Shown: positions 12,687 through 25,809, numbered from the whole stretch's first letter. The stretch: 63,952 bases of DNA, filler included, from Choristocarpus tenellus KU-1152 (GCA_964200185.2; 13 parts of 13 records of this genome joined end to end with filler, not necessarily neighbours in it); one strand, 5' to 3'. The notes: generated by a model not told the origin, from the sequence alone. Numbers and translations are program-made.

Positions 12687-14112
12687 CAGTCTACTCTTGC
12701 AGTGGTCACAACACGGCACTCTTGTCAGTTGACAAGATAATGATATTGCATGACCTCCGATGCAGAGTTGATGCCATCACATCAGTCCTCTCACGGGTCC
12801 ATGCACATCAAACCAAGGGCTCTGAGGCCTCGTGCTTGTCACGCGCTCCTGCTTCCATCAAACACCACACTTAGCATGAAACAATAAGTAGTACCAAGTC
12901 TCCAGTTGTGCAACTACTAATGCCTCTCTTCCCTCTGCGCATTACCACCACACCGGTTACACAACCGTCTCCAGCAAAAAACAAAACAAAAACAGAATCG
13001 CCCAGTCCGCAGCATGTAAAAATAAAACGGAACAAAACGTATCTCCTTCTTTTTTTTCTGGTCTCAACAACGTTTACGCAAGCACGAGACATCCTTAGCA
13101 ACCACACAGAACTCACTCGTCATTTCGCCGACAGCCTCACATGCCTTATTCAAATTTCACCATAAAGAGAGACCTTCTCTGCTTCATTTTTAATTTGTTG
13201 TTGCCTCTCCCCCTCGTCAACCTTCAAGAGCGGAACATGCCAAGACTCAGGATGTAGCCCCAAGGGCACCTCATCCTCGCATCACTGACTATGAGTAAAC
13301 AAGGGGTTTGAGTCGTACAAAGAGTCAATTATAAGCATCGGGCTGGATGAAAGTCGCCAACGGGTACCACGCAAAAAACACCGCCTCATAATCAAAGAGA
13401 CACCTCCCCAGAAATGCTGTTCTGATTAAGTACCAACCTCGGATAGTAAACAAACACACCAAACAAAGCTTGACACACGCAAGGTGTTTAAAGGAAGGAG
13501 GTTTGGAAGGATCTGGGGGTTTGAAACCAGGATTTTTGCAAAATGGGGTACATACCTATGTCCTTTGCAAAGACTAGATAGTTGTGTTCACCACGCGAGG
13601 TCAGAATCAGATGGTATCCTGTACCTAATACCACATATGCTAGTGCCAGAGTCTATCAGTAGCAGGTCCTACTGGCTAAGAACATACTGATTGCAAAGGG
13701 GTCCACTAACTCCACTACTGTACAATTTTTTACATTGAGGCGGTGGAGTGTATCAGCAGTAGCCCCTGCTACCAAGTCGGTAAACAGTTGCCCTGGCTAC
13801 GGCATAGCCTGTTACAGTACTGTACATACTGTTTATTACCACTCAAACATCCACTTCAAATAAGAGAAGCTACTCAGTCAATAGGAGCAAACGGATGAAG
13901 AATGAACCATCCAATCGCCTATACCAAAAGGAGAACCCAGCAATCCAATCCCGTCAGAGCACACATGCATACATGCACACACACACACACGCACACCCTA
14001 CTACATCACTCTAGTCCAAAACAGGGAATGTAAGTAAAGCAACAACATTCATCACACAACTGCCTTCTGGTTATTCATTTCCATCGCTACACTTTCGAAG
14101 TATGTAACCCAC

Positions 14113-14754
14113 CCCTTCTGCAGCATCTCATCCACAAGTATGACCAAAACCCCCATGATAAACAGCTGCACCACAATCAGGATTGCGTTGCCTGCCCCCA
14201 GCGTGTCCAGATCCCCGTACATCCCCGAAACCACGTATGCCACTGCCTGAGCAAGGGTAATCAACATACCACCCAACTGCTCCGGGGAACAGGGAAAGAT
14301 CGGAAGACAGGGGCAAGCAAAAGTCTTGAAGACAAAAATCAAGAGAGCACTGTGAGTACAATAAAATAATGTCTCCAACAGAAGGTGTTCTATGGCAACA
14401 CCAAGTCAAGTAAACCCACCCCCATCTCTAACTTACTCACAAACCACTAAACAGTGTCGGATCATAGCAAAAACTGATGCAGAACTTGAGGGTGTGTTGT
14501 GAAAGAGCAAAGAAAATTCTTTCAGATTCCAATGCGTACTAACTTGTGTACTTGATGCGTGTACGTACAATGTCCCTCCCCACCCCTACCCTCTCAGAAC
14601 TCTCCTGTACATCTCTAATCCACCCCTCTTTCGCTTACTTTCTGGGCCCCTCCGAAGAGTGCACGGTCTTCCTTCAGGTCCTCATTCACCAGGAACAGGC
14701 GTGAATTAGCCATCATTCGCATTACCAAGGAAGATGTGACAATGGGTGCAATGC
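14113..14754 (-). CDS. SEC61A: Protein transport protein Sec61 subunit alpha, two internal exons (14754-14639, 14276-14113)
   Basis: Spliced in phase: GIAPIVTSSLVMRMMANSRLFLVNEDLKEDRALFGGAQK|LGGMLITLAQAVAYVVSGMYGDLDTLGAGNAILIVVQLFIMGVLVILVDEMLQKG, the TM2-TM4 region of Sec61-alpha. Confidence 0.9.
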
Positions 14755-17508
14755 CTTTTAGAGACGCCAAAGTCCGTTAGACATAGCACAAGGAAATATC
14801 ATTGAGAGTATGCACATGCAAATGGGAGGGGGGNNNNNNNNNNNNNNNNNNNNNNNNNNNNNNNNNNNNNNNNNNNNTTAATTAATTAANNNNNNNNNNN
14901 NNNNNNNNNNNNNNNNNNNNNNNNNNNNNNNNNCCCCCCTGACACATCTACAAAATGTCAGAGGGCATAATAATAAAATATAGAACCAGATATTTTTTAC
15001 TGACGTGTGGGATGTTGAAAAAGAAAAAAACGGGTATTAAGATAGGTTTTTATGGTGATTTTTCGGTCACCTTCCTACTGATGGGTGTACTCAACATGGA
15101 GAATGGGCAGCAGATTGCTGACTGTTCAATGTTCTCACTATTATTGCTCATTGAGACTACATAGCAGCTCAGGAAGGAGCAGCTATACTATGAGTAATTG
15201 TACTTCAACTGTTTGTGTCATAGGTTCTCGCACATTAGTAAAACAATCTCCCTGAAAAGTACAGCATTGGTGAGTATGAATGGGGTTCGAACCACAAAAT
15301 CAATGCAGATAACAGATTCTATTAGCCACAAACCTGTGGTGAAGTGTGGGAGATATTTGCTCATGAAAAAGAGGTAAATTAATTACAATCTTTGTACACC
15401 TCATCCTCAATTGTTCTGTTTCATAATCTTGACAAGAGAAAAGGATTGACCAATGAGAAGGCTATTACTATCTGATTGCCCCTCTTGTTCTGATATAATC
15501 TGTGATCAGTTGAACGTTTGCTTGGTTGTGTGCTAACACAGCTTGTTTTGTGACAACGGATATCTGACCAATGAGAAGGCTGCTTCCATTCTATTATCCT
15601 CTCCGATTTGGTTACATCATCACCGTGTATCTTGTTCATTCGGACAAAATACTCTTTTATTGTTCTCATCGGTAGTAAAAGTAGGCCTGGGTGAAGTGCC
15701 CAATAATATGTATGCTTGATGTGGAAATCCAGTGTGGCGACACCATACATTTGCCCTACTTGTGTGATGTTGAACAAAAGAACATGGTAATAGTGTCTTC
15801 TTTCAGATACACATGTGCCGTCTGTCTAGAACAAGAGGGAGTGTCCGCAACTTGTGAACCTGGTTGAAAATGTACAGAGAACAGACCAACTGAAAAGCCT
15901 CATCCATCCCTTGGCCTACCCAATAGCTGTACAAAAGCAACAGTCCTGGACTTCAGAAGCAAGCGATCTTAGTGGAAGAGAACACAAACATAGTCAAAAC
16001 TGTACACCTTGGCTTTACATGCATGCGCATAGTGGAAATACCTAAAAAAAAAGAGAGAAATTCTTGTCAGCAAAATACAGTGGAAAGCATTCCCTATAGT
16101 CAAGAGTAGAGAACGCCTCATATTGTAAGTACAACTCCTGCATGTTATAGTCATTAAAGTGTGAAAGATACTCTATCCCGAAGATCTTCCATCACTGTAC
16201 TTACACCACACCATTGTCACCATGTCATCAGTCAACATCAACAATTCATGGGCTTACAATCCATCCGTTGCAGGCATCCACAGGACAACATGCATCCACA
16301 ATACGCAGCATCAAAGCTGATCTGCACACAGCAAGTGGGATAAGGTTCCTTCCAGCTTCCCTCCTTTGTGGGACCAGAGCATATCAGGACCACAACTCCC
16401 CAGCAACTCGGGACCTCAACACACTGGTAGTGTCAGCCTCAACCTTCAAACATACGCCTCTATCGCAGCTCCCAACTCTTTCAGCCATGACAAACATCAA
16501 CCTTCTCTGTTGAAGATATACCCGCCCGCGCGTACCTCATGATGCACATTTCTCGTATCCACTACAATCACTAACAATACCTGTCATTGACACTGCCTCC
16601 CATGTTGTCAATACCAAATATTACTGAGAGATTATTTAACTCTATCACAAGGGAAATAGTGCCTACAAAAAAACAGGGTCAGAAAGCTCTAGCAAAGAAG
16701 AACCTCTCCCATTCGTCCCCAACAGTCAGCAAATCCCATTCAGCATCCCAACCCCCTCCCCTCCACCTTCTATCCCTTGCCATATGCTGCTATTTCTTTC
16801 ATCACCTTGAATCAATTGTGCCTTAAAACCCAGTGAGTGACCCCTGCACCAAGGAGTTGAAACAGAAACAACACACAAGCCAAGCGGAAGAGGAAGGAGG
16901 GGTGACACAAAAACTGGTCAAGTAGTTGTGATCATATCGTAAGGGCTTGCTCAAGAGGGTGGATTCACATCTAGCCAGAGAAAGACAACCTATGCAACAA
17001 CTAATCCATGAAGGGGTGAGTAATGCCAGAAAAAATAGCACAGAATGCAATTCTACCCCAAGGAGGAAAACTAACACACTGGATGAGACCTAGGTGTCTT
17101 GCGGATTTCCCAGTCCACAAAAATATAACCACAAGGGGTAACAATCTTAACAAAACCCCCCTCAAGATATGAACTGTGAGGCACTTGAAAGGAACACACG
17201 CATTGACACCGCTGTACCTTCTCCTTTCATTCAGCAGTCACGCACGCCATCCACATTGACCAATGCAGAACATATCCAAACACTATGCAGCTATATTAAT
17301 GCTGCCTAATGGGTTATCCGTGACACCTAAAGCTTTACAACCCCACAGCAAAAAACTACAAATCAAACGAGACGGATACAGCAAAGGCTCAGAAAAACTC
17401 AGGGGCACGAACGAACGAATGGAACAACACACTTTGAAAAGGTGCCTCTTGATAAACAAGACACGAAACGGTTCCTTTTCAATTAAAAAATACAGGCATG
17501 TACACTAC

Positions 17509-17655
17509 CTGAAGGTTGGCAGGAGAAGAATAGATGGAATCGTCCCGACCCCCCTCCCCACCAGGGCCAAAGGGGTGAACAGGCTCCCCAAGCTTGCCTG
17601 CCCTCTCATTGACAAGGTAGAGACCCATCGGCCCGTCAACGCTGTCCTCAGCCGC
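17509..17655 (-). CDS. Isolated 147-nt phase-0 exon of an unidentified gene
   Basis: Bounded by ag and gt, open frame AAEDSVDGPMGLYLVNERAGKLGEPVHPFGPGGEGGRDDSIYSSPANLQ, GC-richer than its flanks. Confidence 0.4.
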
Positions 17656-17965
17656 CTGTCATTAGATTTACTAAGCATTATTACCTCTAGCGATTTAACT
17701 GATTGGTAATTACCAGCATTGTCCATTTTCTCATGAGTTGCTTGTATTTGTTTTATTTTGTTTATCTAATTTTGAAAGTTGCACATTGTGATTTAGCATT
17801 ATCCTCATCTACCTCTCTTCCCCCTCATGTGCCCCCCCCCCCCCACCATGAGTGAGACTCACATCNNNNNNNNNNNNNNNNNNNNNNNNNNNNNNNNNNN
17901 NNNNNNNNNTTAATTAATTAANNNNNNNNNNNNNNNNNNNNNNNNNNNNNNNNNNNNNNNNNNNN

Positions 17966-20859
17966 GTGCCATACCACATTTCATATGATGATTTACAACC
18001 AGGGTTAGTCGTGGTCGATGTGCGGTTGAGCGAGTCACAAACATAGTGTTGAGCTTCAGCCCATAGGGAGTCTGTCTTGGGGATAATAACATGGAGAAAA
18101 AGTAGTGGAGCTTGAAGGCGGGCAGCTACTGAAGCTTCATCAATAATACCCAGCATTAGTTCAGCAACCCCATTAAATTGAGGGCGGTCTGCAGGTGTGA
18201 ACTCCTGTCTTATCCCTCGATTACGACGACAAAGAGCACCGAAAGCACCCTCATAAAATTCCCCCCGTTATCAGACCACGCACACATGGCCCGAGAGGGA
18301 GTACCATCAGCCTGGATATCGGCAAGTACTTCTTGAAGGCTTCGGCAGCATCCAACTTAGCACAAAGGAAATACAACCAAACAAAACGAGAATAATCGTC
18401 CCGGATTATCGTGGTGTATTGTTTACCACCGATTGAAAGGGCAGCCCTCTTCCCACTTAGGTCGACAAAAACCCGATCCAGCTTTCTTACCGCCCTTGAA
18501 GACGTGCTGGACCGGACGCCCTTCCGTATGCCCTTGGACATAGAGCAGCCCGCACATGGCTCCAGCTCACCCACCAATGTAATACCCATTGAAGTGGCGG
18601 TGGACTTGAGAAATTCCCTTCGTGTGCGTGGTCATAAGAGCAGTGGAAGAGGTTAATGCCGATCTGTGTGTGGGGAGCGTGGGGTGCAAGCAAGGGGGCT
18701 ATAGTGGCCTTTAAAGCAACTTCAGCATTTCGATCTGGTCGCGGCAATATGCGTTGACCATGGAGGGTGTAATGGCAACCAGGATCTCTTGTGAAGGTAT
18801 GTATTCCATCCAACAACGAGAATGTACTAGCTGTGAAAATGACTTTCGCACCCTTATCAGCTGCTGCTTGGCAAGAAAAAAGATTGAATCCAAGATCAGG
18901 GACATGGGCGACATTTTGAAGGAGTATTTCTACCTCCTTGTTGTCACGTGAGAGAAACAAGATGGTTAGATCACCCTGAGCAGCAATGCAAAAGGAATTT
19001 TGGATGGCAGTGACTACCCTTTGGTCTCCAACACAAGGCATGTAGTTTGTCATGGGTATTACCAAATTCGTCAGGTGACATGAAGCCGCACTGTCCAAAA
19101 TCCATTCTTCTCTCTCGCGGCCAACCCCAACACTTGACACCAAACATTCGTTTTCCCCACACTTGCCTGGAGCATTGCTGCTCGGAGAGTCCTCAGTGGC
19201 GGCCAGTAGTGCGTATTGCTCGTTGTTGCCGCAGCTGGTGATACTTTCCACAGCAATGTGGGAAGGATTCGCCTCGTTCTCAATCTCTTCTTTCCCAGAC
19301 TGCACTGTAGTCAAGAACACCAAAGTACATGTTGTAGCATCATGGGCACGTCCACGACATTTGGTGCAAATGCGGCTTGGGCAAGCTGTCTTCTCATGTC
19401 CATGCTTTCCACATCTCTCACAAGGAATCTTCTCGGAAAGTTTGGGGTTGGAATTAGAACCATTTTTCTTTCTTCCACCATTAAATTTACGTTCGACGCC
19501 GCGACCTTGGCTGTTGTGATGGGACTGACTCTTCCCTTGCGATGAGCTGTTAATAACCAAAGCATGGCTGTTCTTGTGTCTTGAGTCCTTCCCCTGATGA
19601 AGGGAAGCATATCGCTCTCTAGCAGTTTTCTCTACGTCTGCTCGACATAGTGTTCTCTGTGAGACCACCATGCGTATCTCGGTATCGTAATCTGATCTGA
19701 GAGCACTCATGAACTGTAGGAGCAGCAGCTTGTCCGAGATGACCAGATCCATCGATAGCATCCTCCCCATTAGCTCTTCCAAGTGGTTTAAGGTCAGGAT
19801 CGGATTCGCCCCCTTCTCCACCTTTGAAATAAAAAACTCACGGAACAAGTACTGGCTATTACCCACTGCATTAGGCATGAACCAATCATCTATTGCTCCG
19901 AAAAGCTCACTCAGGCTTTGGTGCGTATAGCACAGTGCCCTGGTGGTGGGTGCGACGAGAGCAACAGTAAGTGCATGGTAGGCCTCTTCAGCCATCCAGA
20001 TATCATTCGCACTGAAGTCGTCCAAGAGAAATACCTCATAGGAGCGTTCTTGATTGACTGGTCTTTTACTTGTCAACACACCCAAGCAGTGGGTATATCT
20101 GCAATGCACGATGAAACGCCTCTGCCAATCCCGATAGTCTGAGTTGTCCAATAGTCTCGGTGGTTGGGTTCTTGATCTCTTTGTCGTAGGGCGAACAATT
20201 AGTGTACCTGACCCCAAGCTCTCCAAAGAACTGGACCTCCGGCTCACTCCACTTCTGATGCTCACAGTATCCAAACTGTTTCCCCTCTCTGGGAAATTTT
20301 CCCTCAACATGGGTTCCATAGGACCCACTTTGACTGGTACGTGCCCAGCCGGAGGCCGTGTGCTGGGCACAGCGACCTGGACGACGGGATGATTTCCATC
20401 GCCGACTCTTTCAGACTGATCCATGAGATTGCCAACGTTTCTTGCCAACTCCGCTACCGTCACCGTAAGCTGTCTGAATTCTTGGACAGATGGGCCCTCG
20501 GAAGGAACAGGTTCCCACAATTCTTGAATCGCATCTCCTCTCGTGTAGACATGATGAAATGATGGGTTAGAAACCTAAGGTTCAATATATTGTGTTAAAG
20601 TATCTCCCAAATCATCAAAGAGGATAAAGGTGATAAACCCAGCGAGATTGCTTGGTGTCTGTTGAGTGATTGATTAAAGTTAAGTGGGGCATGCAGCACC
20701 CCATAAAATCAGAAATATTTCCTTTTATATGAGAAAAATTCTCATTCAACTGGTCACTAGTAAAAGGTTCTGATAACTCAACCACAAATTGGTTGTTCCT
20801 TTACTCCATACATATTTTACCGTAACCGTCCAACAGAGTTGGAAGAGTCTAATCGAATA
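17966..20859 (-). mobile_element. Ty1/copia LTR retrotransposon, 5' half (LTR, gag, protease, integrase), frameshifted
   Basis: The 677-aa ORF has Gag, two zinc knuckles (CERCGKHGHEKTAC, CTKCRGRAHDATTC) and protease WILDSAASCH. It is followed by the integrase zinc finger (H..H...CAGC) and core LDRVFVDLSG...DNGG...PQFNGVAE. Protease followed directly by integrase is copia order; RT lies beyond the linker. Confidence 0.93.
20593..20859 (-). repeat. Putative 5' LTR of the copia element (~267 bp)
   Basis: Bounded by TGTT...AATA. Its end (catacatattttaccg...gagttggaagagtctaatcgaa) recurs at 61119-61173, where it ends in the canonical AACA. Confidence 0.65.
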
Positions 20860-21386
20860 TCTTTCACATCTGAACAAAGTCGTGTGTCAAGTAGTAGCGG
20901 GATAAGACCACGTAAATGGCATCACCTAAAACAAAGTTACTCTAGGTGGGGCCCCTCATGGACTGGGGGGATGTCTTCNNNNNNNNNNNNNNNNNNNNNN
21001 NNNNNNNNNNNNNNNNNNNNNNTTAATTAATTAANNNNNNNNNNNNNNNNNNNNNNNNNNNNNNNNNNNNNNNNNNNNCAAAAACCGTGCCAAAAAAATA
21101 TTGCCCCCAAATGGATAGCCGCCCCCCCCCCCCCAGATACTTTGAGCCTCAGGTAGCCATGGACTGTGAAAGGTGGACGAAGATTACTCTCTGTCCACAC
21201 TTGATAACCAGCTGGATTTTGGGGCGAAGTTGAACTCTTGTGCTCTACCTCATTTGCCTTGACCTCATCACTTTATCTTTGGAAAAATGAAGTAGTGAGA
21301 AGCTATCTTCCCCCCCACTACTGAGATTTCCTCACAAAGCTTGCCAGTAAAGGGACCTTGGCAATTCAACAGGCAGGACACGAGCC

Positions 21387-21539
21387 TCAATCTGAGAAAG
21401 GTGCTTCAAAGTAGTTAGTTGCCTTGACTTTGAGGTCAGTCCTGCATACTACAACACACACTATTGAGATAGATGGTGCATGAGAAAAACAAGTGCGATG
21501 CAGTAGATAAAGGTGAGCTCGAAACAAAGCAAAGGTGGG

Positions 21540-21571
<32 letters not shown>

Positions 21572-22018
21572 CACTGCCAGTATCTGCAGTACTGATACAG
21601 CATAGTTTGGACTACTGTATGTGGTACAAACAACACATACACATGAGTGCAGGATCTTACTGTACAGGCCAAAGGAATAAAATCAATACTTTTTTTACTA
21701 CTGTCACCCTACAGTGCCAAAACCATGTGTCATGATCGAGGAACTACTACTGTGGGGGTTAGATAGGTAACAAAAATGAGCTGTGTTATTGAGGGGTCAG
21801 GTGGGGCTGAAGCAGAGTCCCAATGTGGAGGGACTTCCCAAACCTTACACACCCACACTCTTCACCTCGAGGGGACTTCCTGAGGTGAAAACGCAACCAT
21901 CTCTGCCGTGCCTTTCCTGCAGTTGGTCCACAGATTTGAGCCAGCTGTGGAACCCTCCCCGGCGCCTATCTGTAATGAGCTCAACACCCACAAGCATGAC
22001 TTCTGTCCCTCCACCGGC
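21387..22018 (-). CDS. Probable last two exons of an unidentified gene (22018-21866, 21441-21387)
   Basis: AG/GT sites join in phase 2: PVEGQKSCLWVLSSLQIGAGEG...QEVPSR|TDLKVKATNYFEAPFSD*. Confidence 0.35.
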
Positions 22019-22275
22019 CTACATGACAATAAGAACGATTGGGGAAATGGCAGGGGTTCATACATGTACATATACTTAGTATATACATACACACATACAT
22101 TGTGTTTGTATGTGTGTTTATTTGCATATTGGATGGATGCAATAGGGGCGTGTGTGTGAACGAGCATGAAGGAGAAAGTTTCGGTCAATGCAGTGACACG
22201 CAGATAATTCTGGGAAAATTATATATATTTGGGAAAAACTCTTGGACAGAGGGGTGACCATTGTGCAGGAAGGAG

Positions 22276-22755
22276 GGTTACAAAGCGTTTAAGAGGGTTG
22301 GACCGTGTCTGTTCGGGGTCACAAATCCAATGTTGCGATTTTTATGAATTTTGGCTGTCGTGTTTGTTAGCAAGCATCAACTTTCTTGCTCTGGACACAC
22401 CTTTCGTAGTCGTATACATTTTACCTACTCAGATTTTTTTCTGAGTAGGTTATTGTGTTCTCAGAACCAAAGTATCTGGGTGTGTGTGTGTGGCGGCTGT
22501 CCATTCAGGGCCAACTTTTTCATGTCGCGATTTTTGTGTGATTTGGTTGCATGCATTGGATGGATAATGCTAGTGCACTTTTCCTGATTTTGACCCAAAT
22601 GGACACTCTGGTGTAGACCCCCCCCCTCCCCCTCCCCCCACCAAGACACTTTGGGTCTCACAGAAAACCGAAAAAGAGCACAAAAAATCGGTGGGAAGTC
22701 AAGCCCTGAACAGACAAACAGGGCAAAACTCTCACCCTCTTTATTGCTTTGGGTC
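22276..22755. mobile_element. MITE B2 copy interrupted by a family A copy (22464-22657, TSD TCA)
   Basis: The empty-site sequence gtgttc(a/t)cacagaaaacc, seen at 12581-12600, is split here, with tca on both sides of the insert. Confidence 0.85.
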
Positions 22756-22933
22756 AAAGGAAGGGTTAATCTCAGAGTCTATGATGTGAACGTGCTGTGT
22801 TTTTTACATTCTGCATGTCAATTAGGGAAAAACATGCGCCATGGTGACTTCGTGTAACCGCCAAATTCCAACATTACGGAAAATGTGAGGGGAAGGATAC
22901 ACACCCATTCCTTTTGTAAACTCAAATGATTGA

Positions 22934-23112
22934 GACCCAAAGTATCTGTGGGGGGAGGGGGTTCTACGCCAGGGTGTCCATTTGGACCAAAAGCAGGAAA
23001 AGTACACCTACATTTATCCATTCGATGTATGCAACCAAATCACCCAAAAACCACGACATGAAAATATTGACCCCCAATGGACAGCCGCCACCCCCCCCAG
23101 ATACTTTGAGCC
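22934..23112. mobile_element. Complete MITE family A copy (179 bp, TSD TGA)
   Basis: tga|gacccaaagtatct...agatactttgagcc|tga. Confidence 0.9.
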
Positions 23113-23418
23113 TGAACCCGCACTCAAATTGTTTAACTTGTTAATATGCAATCTATTTATTCTGAGTGGGCTGATACCCCCTGCCGATAACAACAAAAAT
23201 TAATGCATCAGGTACGATTGTGCACTCCAAACAATGCATGCAGCAGGCAATTTCTGTTGATGTTTTCAAATTCAACACAGTCTGCCCAGATCAGTAATGT
23301 TCATTTCACATTGAGATTCTACGACACTATTCATAAGTTGTTGCTAAAGGTGATTGGCGCAAACACATCGAACCATGTTTGGAACTATTGGGCCAGGCCA
23401 GGTGAAAAGCTGGATTTA

Positions 23419-23923
23419 GAATGAAAGTATCTTAAGAGGGTACGAGTTTTGCCCTGTTTGTCTGTTTGGGGCTTGGCTTCCCACCTTTTTTTTAGTGACA
23501 TTCTACCTACTCCGAAAAGTACGCATTATGAAAACATATGTCCAGAACAAGGACATTGAAACTTCCTAAGAGTGAAAGTATCTTAGAGGGTACGAGTTTT
23601 GCCCTGTTTGTTCATTTGGGGCTTGGGTTCCCATGGGTTCTTTATGACATTTTCCTACTCCAAAAAGGTTTTGGAGTAGGTAAAATGTATTCGTTACGAA
23701 AAGGTGTATCCGGAACAAGGATATTGACACTTCCTAACAAACACAATAGACAAAATTACATCAAAATCACAGCATTGGATTTTCGCCCCCAAATGGACGC
23801 GGCCCTACCCTCTAAGATACTTTGGCTCCTAACAGACATGACAGCCAAAATTACATCAAAATCGCAACATTGGATTTTGGACCCCAGACGGACGTGACTC
23901 TACCCTCTAAGATACTTTGACTC
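23419..23923. mobile_element. MITE family B copy (TSD TTA) with a second B copy nested at 23570-23828 (flanked by CTAA)
   Basis: The outer element resumes exactly after the inner one (acttcctaa|...|ctaacagac). Both have AAAGTATCTT(A)AGAGGGTA TIRs. Confidence 0.88.
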
Positions 23924-24055
23924 TTATGTCTTCTGTGCTATCAACTCTAGGCAAGTAAGGATATTTGGAATCAAGCTAGCCGTGCGCAGAAAGCACGTAT
24001 CACAAATTTAGAGTTAGGGATGCGTGATTCAGTCCTTCAAGTTGATACGATGGAG

Positions 24056-24070
24056 AGGGTCAAAGTATCT

Positions 24071-24104
<34 letters not shown>

Positions 24105-24330
24105 CGGCCAACTGCTTTTTTTTTTTTTTTTTTCTTCCATTCAAAACCGCCCCCACTACCCCAAAAAAACAAAANNNNNNNNNNNNNNNNNNNNNNNNNN
24201 NNNNNNNNNNNNNNNNNNTTAATTAATTAANNNNNNNNNNNNNNNNNNNNNNNNNNNNNNNNNNNNNNNNNNNNGTCAAAGTATCTGGGGGGGGAGTGCC
24301 GGCGTCCGTTTTTTTTTTGTCTATTTTCGA
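24056..24330. mobile_element. Termini of a related MITE family (A2) either side of a linker; also 52676-52726 and 52827-52872
   Basis: gtcaaagtatct + poly-G, followed by ccggcgtccgttttt in the 24275 and 52.7 kb copies. Other family A termini lie at 21079-21148, 30266-30293, 45596-45730, 45831-45855 and 50135-50158. Confidence 0.7.
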
Positions 24331-24818
24331 TTTTCGCCTTTTGGTGTGATTTGGTCGCACGAGTCGGATTTGAAATGCCAGCAAAAAAAAGAAGACTGTT
24401 GCTTAGGTTCATTTCTGTCCTTGCGTACACAAAGAGGAACGGGAATATATGCCACCATTTAAATGGGTTTGGTTAGGAGTTTGGACATTTGCATGTGTCG
24501 GATTTGAAGTCTGCTCAAACAGGTTTATTGGTATATATGTATGTTGGTCGCGCAGTTACGATGAAGAACAAGAGATACGTGTTAGGCTGTTCCAGGGCTG
24601 GATTTTTTTTTTTGTAGTTGCATGACTGGGATTTGGTTAGCACATAAAGAGGGTTATGGATTAGGGTGTGTTTTCCCACTGTTGGATGAGGAATTGAAAA
24701 AAATAATATGGGCAGTTGCAAGGTTTTTCTTTGTCGTTTATTTGCTTGCATTAGTCATGTCCAAACCGACACAAAGAGGACTGTCGATTTGGGCCTGTTC
24801 TCCCGGCGTGTGCACGAG

Positions 24819-25081
24819 GAGCCAGAGTATGTTAGAGAGTAGAGTGGTGTCCATTTGGGGGTAAAAATCCAATGTTGTTATTTTGATATAATTTTGGCTA
24901 TTGTGTTTGTTAGGAAGTGTCGATATCCTTGTTCCAGACACACATTTTCATAATGTGTAGTACATTTTACCTACTCGGAAACATTTTGAAGTAGGAAAAT
25001 GTCATGAAAAAATGTGCAAAGCCAAGCACTGCAGGGACCACAGACGGGGCCAAACTCATACCCTATAAGATACTTCCACTC
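24819..25081. mobile_element. MITE family B copy; further copies at 46563-46822, 47984-48241 (flanked by ATCT) and 60846-61018 (partial)
   Basis: Same ~260-bp body with internal cctactc...gagtagg hairpin and family B TIRs. Confidence 0.85.
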
Positions 25082-25809
25082 TATATCGTGTACAGTTTAA
25101 AGGTTACACTTTGTTTGTTTGTGTGTATGTTCTGGATTTAGTATGTGATATTACCCCGTTGTCGCTGATGGGGTTAGGGTTGAAGGTGTTGGTAGGAAGT
25201 ACGGGAAAAGGAGTGTACGGAATATGGACGTGTATACGAGTGGTTATTGGTCAAGGTCTATTGGCGTACGTTTCTCTTCAAGTAGTTCAAGGTACAATTC
25301 CAGAGGTCCCGAGTTGGTGCTGTGCTTAGGAGCATCGTGTGTGAACTTGGGTATATAATCCTCCTAGACTTGAAGGAGAACGAGATCGAATCTGTAATGT
25401 CCACACTTGGACAAAGCGAGAGGTGGTGCATAGGGTATTGTGAAGAAGGGTGGAGGTGCGTTATGGCGTACAAGGAGTAAATAGCGGCTCACAGAAAGGA
25501 CAGGGTATCCATCGCGTCCCCTGGCGAATTGTTTTGAAAGGTTAGCTGAGCAGATGGAGAAGAGTTGTTTGATTGATGTATTATATTATAGTTGTCTAAA
25601 ATTTGTAGCGGACACGCTCTTTTAAACAAATAATAACAGCTCTAATCCTCAACGTGAGTATAATATATGATACGCACATACTCTGACTGGTATCAACGTA
25701 CATTGAAACCACAATTGAAATGCATGACTCATCGAATGGAAAGTGCACGAGCATGGTAGTAATCTGACACCAAGGCAATGTACATTAATGTATAAATCAC
25801 CACGACCTG

